Shown piece after piece: positions 54,001 through 64,000 of a stretch of 64,000 nucleotides of DNA. The translations under genes were made by a program, and so were the position numbers. Each line of letters starts with the position of its first letter. Within the stretch, counting starts at the first letter, position 1. Source of the stretch: Octopus sinensis (Eukaryota); assembly GCF_006345805.1 (NCBI RefSeq), contig NC_042997.1, positions 177,258,001 to 177,322,000 of the forward strand, written 5' to 3'. The notes under the pieces were generated by a model. The model made no database searches. It worked only from the letters and a program-made list of their open reading frames with translations, and was not told the DNA's origin.

Positions 54001-54738
54001 AATATATATATATATATATATATGTATATAAGTATATGTGGATATATTCATATACGTACATACACATCTGTATATATGTTGCTTATTGGTTATCCTATGC
54101 AGATCATAACCAAGATCAAATCTAGATACAAATGGAAGGCTGGCTCCAAACGATCCGTAGAACCCTCGTCTGAGTAGCGTAGGATATTTACACTTACTAC
54201 GAGACCTCTGCAAATGAACGAAATACTTGTAAGTTTTTCCAGAATTAAAACCTTATTGACCAATGGTATGTTGTTCGTCTATTGTCGGACTGGGTCATGT
54301 GAGAATTTAGATGCTTTTCTCCAAGAACATAGCGCTGTGGTAGGCAGTTGAAGGGTGGTTAAGATACGAAAACTTACAAACTTTCAGATGGTTGTTCGTT
54401 ATTTTATCTTGTAGTCTATACACAAAGAATGTTATCAGCATCTTTAAAAATAAAAAACTAATGACGAAAGATTCCATTAGAGACCAGAGTTAAGTGCAAA
54501 CGTGACATGAATGGTAGTGTTCCATGGAACAAGGAAACGAAAATCATCATGTAATTAGTTGAAGAAAATGTTCGACCAAAGATGCAGAGATTCTCAACAT
54601 CGAAGTTGAGTTAGTTAAGACTTCAACTGGTAAAGCCTGGCTATAAATTCTCATTTGCATTTACTGTTATTGGCGGAATTGGTTATGAAATATCAAATTT
54701 ACTAGGAGACTGGAAACTTTTGAGTTCTCCTGAGAGGA

Positions 54739-54775
<37 letters not shown>

Positions 54776-55029
54776 GAGGGAAAGAGAGAGAGGGAGAGAG
54801 AGAGAAAGGAATGAACTTACATGTATCTCCAATACACAATCGATTAACGGTATAGTTAAGATTTGCTGGAATATATGAATTTATTGCATAAATGCAAACA
54901 TACATATGTGCATACGTACATACATACCTACGTTCAAACACAAATAGGTACATTCATACACACACACACACACACACAGATATATATATATATACAAACA
55001 TTTATATATATATATATATATATACACAA

Positions 55030-55062
<33 letters not shown>

Positions 55063-55274
55063 CAAATATATATATATATATATACAAATATATATATACA
55101 TATATACATTATTGCATTCACATATTCATACATCCATCCATACATACGTACGTACGTACATACATACATACATACATACATACATACATACATACATACA
55201 TACATACATACATACATACATACATGCATTCATACATAGTGGCATTCATACATACGTACGTGCATACATTCATT

Positions 55275-56030
55275 TATACATAATTACTTCAAAATGGCAG
55301 AAACGCTGGCTAACAAAGTGAACCAACAGCCAGTATACTTGCTCCCACTTTGAAGTGTATGCTTTGGTCAATATAGAAACAGGAAATGATGATGCATAAA
55401 TGGTCAGGGATGCAAGTAAAACATGTAGATGTGACAACCAATGCGGACAAAGTGAAATTAAGACTGAAGATGTGACTTGCAGCATACGTAGTTGTCCGAA
55501 AATGTCAACAGGATACTCCGTGCTTATGTGGCAATTTGTTGTGGCTAAAACGCAATACATTACAACTAGTAGTAATAACAGTCCCGAAGATCAAAATTTA
55601 AGAAAATTCAGTGAATTGGATGGTTTACTCATCAATAAAAGGAAACAATACTGGTAGAATGTTCCTATCAAAACCTCTGTATCATGTAAGCCTACCATAC
55701 CAGACATAATGATCTGGGACAAATGAAGGAAAGTGTGCACCGTGTTAGGAATTTGGTCTCCCACTGACGTAACAATGTTACAGACAAATGTAGAAACGAA
55801 GCAAAACGTATTCACCGGGCCACTGAGAAATCTGTTGATACTACACTCGAACTATGACTATATTTATATCTGTGATTATTAGGACACTTGGCTGTGTAAT
55901 TAGCTGTATCAGCATCTATCTAGAGAAACTGGGATTCACATAACTTGGAAGGGTCCGGCTAATTAAGAAATTATTATTACTAGTTGTGAACAGAACTGGA
56001 AAAATTGTTAAATCATTTTGAAGTTCAGCC
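55275..56030 (+). pseudogene. Decayed RLE-type LINE (R4/NeSL-like) C-terminal region
   Basis: SHFEVYA, zinc-knuckle remnant EDVTCSIRSCPKMS, PDIMIWDK...VCTV, GPLRNLLIL, YLEKLGF. 54080-54700 may be upstream sequence of the same element (weak). Confidence 0.7.
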
Positions 56031-56099
56031 TCTGCAAGGTACATAGATACATACATACATAGATACATACATACATACATACATACATACATACATACA

Positions 56100-56133
<34 letters not shown>

Positions 56134-56139
56134 CACACA

Positions 56140-56306
56140 TACTTGTAATTATTGGAGCAATGGGCTATGTAACACACAACCTGAATACCAATCTTGAGAA
56201 ATTAGGCTCCCCAAAACCAAAAAGGAGAAGGCTGATTCAAATACTACAGATTCAAGCCATCACTGGAACTGTAAAAATTTGAAACTTTCCAGAAGTTTAT
56301 CATTTA
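56140..56306 (+). mobile_element. RLE-type LINE 3' end fragment
   Basis: VIIGAMGYVTHNLNTNLEKLG...LIQILQIQAITGTVKI. Confidence 0.65.
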
Positions 56307-58020
56307 AGTATATATGAGCATATTTGGATATGCAAGTATATGCATGAGATATACATAAAACAAATCATACAAATCTGCACATGTACATACATGCATACAT
56401 ACATGCATACATGCATGCATACATACATACATACATACATACATACATACATACATACATACATACATACATACCCTGTTGTTGAAAAATTCAATGAAGC
56501 AGCCTTGGATCTAGGTTAGAAACCAACTCTTTCTCTATTGGCAAGAAATCTTGAAATAAAACTGAATAACATAGTACATGCATGCATACATACATGCATG
56601 CATACATGCATACATACATACATACATACACACATATTTATATGCATACATGCATACAAACATATAAACATACATACATACATACATACATACATACATA
56701 CATACATACATACATAATACATACATACATACACAAATACTTAAAAAATACCGTTGTTGAAATTCCAATGAATCGATAGCCGTACTCGTTCTGTCTCCAG
56801 TTGTTCGACATAGGCTATTAGACCCCTCAATTCCTCAATGTACGAAAGCGTGCGCGACAGTTTCACTGACGCGCCCGCACCTCAGGCCTGTGAGGGAGGT
56901 GTCAAACCCATCCTTGACAACCTCTTCCGAAAAACAAAAATACGGTGATTGCATGAAATTAAAGAAAAAAAAAATAGAAAGCCGGTGGGTTAAATAAAAA
57001 CCCGAAGACTTATAAATGATTATAATCATTTATTTTTTAAAATTTACATTCGTATTTCACTTTTTTCGATTTCATGCTGCCGATTTCATCAAACCGATTT
57101 TAATAAATTTTTATCATGTTTGTAATCCCAGCCTGGTGTTGTGACCTTCCTTGTTCTGTCCCTTCTATGTATGCCCCTATAAGCAAATAAAAAAATACAG
57201 CGTTAAATTAAACTATATCGGTTTGACAAGGTGTCTGTTGCGGAGGAGGTGAAAACTAAACGAAATTCTGTGATGCAACAGCCCCATCAGCCTGTGCTGA
57301 CCAAATTTCGCCTGCTGATATAGTCTGCTAATAATAGTGCTATTTAGCAGTAAAAGTCTAAGCGAAAAGATTTCTCAGGACCATTACAGCAGCTCACGGC
57401 ATTTAAAATAACACATCCGAGTTAAGCTGGATGTGCAAATCAATATTCGTTAAAAAGACTGTCTCCATCGCTTATAGTTAATGTGTGTACACGTGTATAC
57501 ACACACAAACACATACATATATACGTATATACAGATACACATAAGCATATATATACAGATGTATAAACCAAAACATACAAATCCACACGCACAATGACAT
57601 GCATGCATACACTCATATGTACATGACTAATAAATTGATGTTCTCTGGATTCTAAGTCCTGTTTCTGGGTTAGAAACCGGCTTTTAATCTATTATGAGAA
57701 ATTAAAATAGTCAGAACATACATTCATACATGCATACATACATACTACATACATACATACATACATACATACATACATACATACATACATGCATACATGC
57801 TTGCATGCATACATAATACATACATAATGCATGCATGCATATATATATATATATGCATACATGCATACATACATGCTTGCATGCATACATACATACATAT
57901 ATGCATGCATGCATACATACACACATACATACATAATGCATGCATATATACATGCATACATACATGCATACATACATACATGCATGCAAATATACATACA
58001 TACATACATACATACATACA

Positions 58021-58052
<32 letters not shown>

Positions 58053-58421
58053 AGTATAGACTCACACGAAAGTACTGCGAAGCAAGAATAATCAAAGAAT
58101 AAATATTTAGATAGTTGGAGAGTTCTCCAAACAAGACAACCTGCCACTTGCATTTTCAGCACCAGTAATAATAGCAACAGTTGGAGATAATTTACTAGTC
58201 TATAGAGAAATTCCACTCCATGGTAACTAAATTCCGCAACATCTTGATTACAGCTGAAAGTTTCCACTGGGATAGTGGTTTCGACAACTGTTTTCGGATG
58301 AAATGAAGGAAGAAGAGGTTTAATAACAATGCAAAGAGTCTTTGACTGTCATATAATGCCATTCTAAGTATTACATGATACCACCCAGAAAGCATTTGCT
58401 TAACAACGGCAAAAATAAATA

Positions 58422-58931
58422 CCGTAAATCCTCGAGTATAGTCCGCCCTTGAGTATAATACGCAGGGTATTTTTAGGGGGCTGTACCTCTGAAAAACCTA
58501 AACCTTGTGTATAATACGCACCTCTTCTCTAACTTGAGTCAAGGAGGTCTATATAACGCCCTTGGTTTGTAAAAATGTATACGGTAACGTCCTTTATTAT
58601 TATTGTACATATTACATAATGCAAACGTGTAGCTTTTTCGTGCATTTTGTTTGCAGAAAATAAAGAAATAACAGTAATAACTTCTAATAAATGTTGCTTA
58701 CTGCAAATTATGGATGATTCTTTTATGACTTCATTGCTTTCAGGCTTAGCTTACGGTATTTTCGCGCCCGACATCACAAAATGCGTCTGAATAAACATTG
58801 CCGGATAGCAAGTAGAGACTTGGACATTGCTTAGAAAATATTTTTCCTTTTTAACCTCATATATAGTACGCACTAGGGATTTTGACCTTTAAATTTTGGG
58901 GAAAATGCGGATTATACTCGAGGATTTACGG
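58422..58931. mobile_element. pogo/Tc1-type MITE; right end duplicated at 59168-59279
   Basis: TA-CCGTAAATCCTCGAGTATA...TATACTCGAGGATTTACGG-TA. Confidence 0.85.
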
Positions 58932-59428
58932 TACACCTAACATTTTGCTGCTACTGACTTACAGATACATATTCACTTTTGACACCTTTTTCTACCTCTG
59001 TTGCAACAACCTCTGGCTCATGTAAATTAATCATAGCTGCACACCACTTATATCCAGTCCTACTCACCCCCACCCACCCCCAAAAACCCCACAAAATTTA
59101 TGAGAGAAAATAAATATTCTTCATTTTTATTCTGGCTGCAAAACAATCTGTTTTGATGTGTTTATTCGGACATTGCTTAGAAAATAATTTTCATTTTTAA
59201 CTTCGTATATAGTACACACTAGGGATTTTGACCTTTAAATTTTGGGGAAAAAATGCGGATTATACTCGAGGATTTACGGTACATCATTTATATGTTTAAA
59301 TAATGAAGAGGACAACATTTTTACGAGTTAGTAGTGAACCCATGAAGAAGTACTTCTCAGTGATGTCCCATGCCACCAGAAAATTGCTGGACTAGCTTAC
59401 ATCAAGAAAAACTTGAAAGAGAAAATCT

Positions 59429-59845
59429 GCGCAGGAGTGGCTGTGTGGTAAGTAGTTTGCTAACCAACCACATGGTTCTGGGTTCAGTCCCACTGCGTGG
59501 CATTTTGGACAAGTGTCTTCTGCTATAGCCCCGGGCCGGTCAAAGCCTTGTGAGTGGATCTGATAGACGGAAACTGAAAGATGCCTGTCGTATATATGTA
59601 TGTATATATGTGTGTGTTTGTGTGTCTGTGTTTGTTCCCCTAGCATTGCTTGACAACCGATGCTGGTGTGTTTATGTCCTCGTTACTTAGCGGTTCGGCA
59701 AAAAGAGACCGATAGAATAAGTACTGGGCTTACAAAAAAAAAAAAAAAGAATAAGTCCCGGGGTCGAGTTGCTCGATTAAAGGCGGTGCTCCAGCATGGC
59801 CGCAGTCAAATGACTGAAACAAGTAAAAGAGAGAGAGTAAAGAGT
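59429..59845 (+). mobile_element. SINE family A
   Basis: Full-length match. Confidence 0.88.
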
Positions 59846-59889
59846 ATACCACGAAAAACTGATGCTTGTATATGTTTCCTGTAATGAAG

Positions 59890-60330
59890 TGTAAACCTTG
59901 TTGGTGCAGCGAGCGCTGCATTACGTCATATGCAGCAGGTTATGCTCCTGCAATCCTTGGATAGGAAATAACTACGAGATACTTAATGGATAAAATGGAA
60001 AGGTGAAGCCCTTAAATCCCCCAGATGCAACCGAAAATATCGATTATGTGACTCTTCTGCAGAGAATATAATGCATACAATTAGCAGCTGCACCAAAATG
60101 TCATTAGCATATGTCATTCCATTGTGGCACGATGTTAAAACAATATACAATGCTATCCGTAGGAAAGACTGCTCCAGGGTAATACAGGCATATTAAGAGC
60201 AGGAATCTCGGTGTAACATGTCCATCAAAACTTCTTACATCTACAATGAAATCGAAAAGAAAATTTATGCACATTCATTGGCCATTGTGGGATATTTGGT
60301 AGACATAGGCAAAACATCAAGTCTCCTAAA
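59890..60330 (+). pseudogene. Decayed RLE-type LINE fragment
   Basis: EITTRYL...ENIMHTISSCTKMS...PLWHDVKTIYNAIRRKDC, homologous to the 55.4 kb region. Confidence 0.6.
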
Positions 60331-60679
60331 TGGGTAAATGCTTATGCTTCCAAAAACAAGAATAAGTATGCAGCTCCGCAAAAAATATGCTTACATCTTT
60401 ATCCAATATTTTTTTCAAATTTAATTAAAAGCAGGAAAATTTCATTTGCAAATAACGAATTAGAAATTTATTGAGAATTCAAGAAAAATATTTAGTTGTC
60501 ACTCTTAATGACAGAAATTTGCTTTAAACCCCATAACAAATAATAAATTTATACAGCCTAAAGCGTAAATTTTGATATATTTGATTAGTTTTTTTAAGAT
60601 TATGTGACTTTTTGCCAGAAAAACTAGGTTTTCGAGCAAAAGGACCTGTCACCACGAATTTTACATTGTAGTGATCCTA

Positions 60680-61080
60680 TAACGGTGCGCGCGCGCGCAC
60701 CGTCCATTTTCTATTTCGCGCGTGCGAGTGTTGGTGCCTTCACCAAGGCACAGAAAGGAAGGGCCCTCTCGCGCATGCGCGAACCACCGGAAGCACGACC
60801 CTATTGCCTACGTAGCAGTTAGCGAGGCAAGGGGGTCGTAGAACGTTTGACCACTAGCAGCAGTCAGCGGTGACTTGGGACGGCAGCGACGAAGGCGACG
60901 GACGTATATTTTCTAGCTGTCCAGCTGTGATAGCAGTCGGTCGAAGGTTTTCACCAAATTGTTGCCGACCACATTCATCTTCCCTGTTCCGGACGCCATC
61001 TTTAACCCGTTCTGTTTCTAGCTGCTAAACATTGTAAATATTACAATCGATTAACTTTCAGCCTTGCGCGCCCAGAACCA
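60680..61080. promoter_or_regulatory. CpG-rich housekeeping-type promoter / 5' end candidate
   Basis: Sharp CpG/GC enrichment; NRF1-like GCGCATGCGC (60771-80), ETS-like CCGGAAG (60787-93), YY1-like CGCCATCTT (about 60994-61002); 22-bp palindrome at 60682-60703. Confidence 0.55.
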
Positions 61081-62214
61081 AGGACATCAGATGACCACTT
61101 ATTGTTACTGTTACCAAGAAAGAGAATAAAGTAGTATATATATATTTTACGTCTGCGTCTTGTTGTTTCTGACTGGTAGAATTCTGGATTATCGAAGCAA
61201 CGGCTAGTGATTGCCTCTTGTACCCCGAAAGTACAAGAGAAGATATTCACTCACGAAGTTCGTTACAACATATACAGTCTTTAATCGGAGAAGTAAAAAT
61301 ATGCAAGCCTTCTCTCAAGGTCAACATATAACATTTATCAATCTTAATATCCAATTTTCAGTGATCAGCTTTGTTGCTTTGTTAGAAGCCAAATTTCTTT
61401 TAGGAAGAATTCGGGTAAATAAAAAGAGAAAACTAACTCACAAAGCCTCGCTGTGGGTGAAACAAGAATGTAAACAGGTTCTATTTATGATATTGATGCA
61501 TGTAAAATAAGGAGCGAGTCTCCTGATGAACTGTTTCACGGCTTGTTGGCCGATCTGTAGAGAAGACGTATCTTTCTTCTTCAATCAATAACGCATATCA
61601 GCTTTCATAGGAAGCCGTCATAAATGAAGCTAGTACCACAGTGGAAAACTTGATTTGCATATTTGTGTCTTTGACAGCTCGTCATTAATTAAACAATGTC
61701 TATTTTAAACATGAAGCAACGTAAATCAGAAGATATAAACAGATTTAAATATTACAGAGCCTTACTGTGTATGAAATGTAAACACATCCTTTCTACGTTA
61801 CTGATGCGCATAAAAATATGGAAGCAGTCTCCTGACGGACCATTTCACGGTTTGTTGACCACTTCTCAGAGAAGACCTATCCTCCTTTCTTCCTCAACGA
61901 ATAACAAAGATCAGATGCTAAAAAGAGGGAGAGAGTTTCTCCTCCTTCCCTCTTTTTTCTGCCGATCATTAGTATAGAAGGAATGTTTTCGTTCTTATTT
62001 CATCCATAGCAAGGCTTTGTAATATTTAAGTTCTTCTCATTGATACTGTGTAGCTATGCATACTTGATAGCTGAAGCTTGATTTCGAGTAAAGCCATCGC
62101 TTGATAGTTCTCTTAAACACGAGCAACACAGATATGTATTTTCAATCCTTCTGAAAAGCTACATCCGTGGGTTACACTCCTTTTATTTGATAAATATTAT
62201 TTTGGCCAACTAAA

Positions 62215-62445
62215 GCGGCGAGCTGGCAGAATCGTTAGCATGCTGGGCGAAATTCTTAACGGTATTTCGTCTGTCCTTACGTTCTGAGTTCAAATTCCGC
62301 CGAGGTCGACATGCCTTTTATCTTTTCGGAGTCGATTAAATAAGTGCCATTTACGCACTGGGGTCGATATAATCGACTTAATCCGTTTGTCTGTTCTTGT
62401 TTGTCCCCTCTGTGTGTAGTCTCTTGTGGGCAGTAAAGAAATAAG
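62215..62445 (+). mobile_element. SINE family B
   Basis: Full-length match; a degenerate second copy follows to about 62625. Confidence 0.85.
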
Positions 62446-62976
62446 AATCGTTAAGACTTCGGGCAAAATTCTTAGCGGCATTTCGTCCGTCTTAATATTC
62501 TGAGCTCAAATTTTCCGAAGTCGACTTTGCCTTTCAGAACTCTCCAGGTCGATAAAATAAATGCCAGTTGAACATTGGGGTCTATGTAATCGACTTAACC
62601 TTTCTCTCGAAGTTGCTGGCCTTGTGCCATGATTTAAAATCATCACTTTGGTCAATTTCCATATGACATTTCAGCCCACCTCCTGCCTAACGTTGTTTTC
62701 CATACTCTCAGCATGCCAAAATATCGTATGGTTAACAATTTGCTTGCATGTGTGCAGCTGCGCTAATGACTTCTAAGACCTGCCTTAGTTAGACAGACAT
62801 GTTCATAATCAATACATTTTAAATTAGATTGTGCACCATTATATTCAAGCAACTTCAAATCAAGGCTCTTATAAACATCTCTCTTGAGTAGTTCATGCTC
62901 AATACGATTTTCTTCAAATTTCCCATCCATTCTTCAAGCATGCCATCTACGTGTATACGTCAGGTTACACACACAT

Positions 62977-63046
<70 letters not shown>

Positions 63047-63153
63047 ACGTACATTCATACACATCCAGTCGATAAGTGACACAATGAAGATTTGTTAATG
63101 ATGCACATAAACACGCAGTCACAAGTATGCGTACACGATATACAAAGACTTAA

Positions 63154-63752
63154 GGCGGCGAGATGGCAGAAACGTTAGCACGCCGGGCGAAATGCTTAGC
63201 AGTATTTCGTCTGCCGCTACGTTCTGAGTTCAAATTCCGCCGAGGTCGACTTTGCCTTTTATCCTTTCGGGGTCGATTAAATAAGTACCAGTTACGCACT
63301 GGGGTCGATATAATCGACTTAATCCGTTTGTCTGTCCTTGTTTGTCCTCTCTGTGTTTAGCCCCTTGTGGGTAGTAAAGAAATAGGTATTTCGTCTGACG
63401 CTACGTTCTGAGTTCAAATTCCGCCGAGGTCGACTTTGCCTTTTATCCTTTCGGGGTCGATTAAATAAGTACCAGTTACGCACTGGGGTCGATATAATCG
63501 ACTTAATCCGTTTGTCTGTCCTTGTTTGTCCTCTCTGTGTTTAGCCCCTTGTGGGTAGTAAAGAAATAGGTATTTCGTCTGACGCTACGTTCTGAGTTCA
63601 AATTCCGCCGAGGTCGACTTTGCCTTTCATTCTTTCGGAGTCGATTAAATAAGTACCAGTTACGCACTGGGATCGATATAATCGACTTAATCCGTTTGTC
63701 TGTCCTTGTTTGTCCTCTCTGTGTTTAGCCCCTTGTGGGTAATAAAGAAATT
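63154..63752 (+). mobile_element. SINE family B with the 184-bp body triplicated
   Basis: Units start at 63202, 63386 and 63570. Confidence 0.9.
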
Positions 63753-64000
63753 GGTATACAAAGACTTACATACAAAATATAATCTCTCCCACACACACAT
63801 CTTTGTCCAGAATAAACTTACGTAAATAGGTATAAGTATAACCACGCACATATCCACGTATGGGCACAAATTAACTTGCCTAGGCATATTTGCAAAATCC
63901 TTGGGATTATCTTGGTGCAAACAAAATATCATGTCACTTTGTTAATGAACAGCTTCAATTTTTCACCGAACAGGAAATAAAAAGTATACAAAAAATACAT

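Noticed and set aside
57692-58395. ORFs 57692-58267 and 58195-58395 as host exons
   Set aside because: Largely microsatellite or non-homologous; splice and frame combinations do not give a coherent peptide.
60915-61003. Minus-strand ORF from AAGATGGCG (MASGTGKMNVVGNNL...)
   Set aside because: Stops after 28 codons with only weak donors; better read as a YY1-like motif.
61500-62150. piggyBac-like remnant
   Set aside because: Only vague peptide resemblance and no matching TIR pair for the TTAACCC at about 61002.
63154-63752. CRISPR-like array
   Set aside because: Eukaryotic 184-bp tandem SINE units with no unique spacers and no cas genes.

Overview
AT-rich, microsatellite-saturated animal DNA. 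The SINE families and repeat landscape look like an Octopus genome (inference). No complete host gene is recognisable, and almost all ORF-track entries are translations of (TA)n/(CA)n/(TACA)n/(TTA)n arrays. The main coding feature is a young, near-full-length Penelope-like retroelement (PLE) at 21338-26032. It encodes an RT and a C-terminal GIY-YIG endonuclease, split by four -1 frameshifts. It has a 5' inverted pLTR copy and a type I hammerhead ribozyme (HHR) in each pLTR, and it sits inside the (TA)n core of a SINE. A non-coding ~558-bp tandem repeat at 35748-37139 carries its own type I HHR per unit and has the same 5'-inversion and (TA)n-target architecture, making it a retrozyme-like candidate. 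Four intact-looking and about five degenerate HHR motifs occur across the window. The rest is four tRNA-derived SINE families, decayed PLE, RTE, CR1 and RLE-LINE fragments, mariner/pogo remnants, several foldback elements, local duplications, a 100-N gap and a CpG-rich promoter-like island at about 60.7-61.1 kb.
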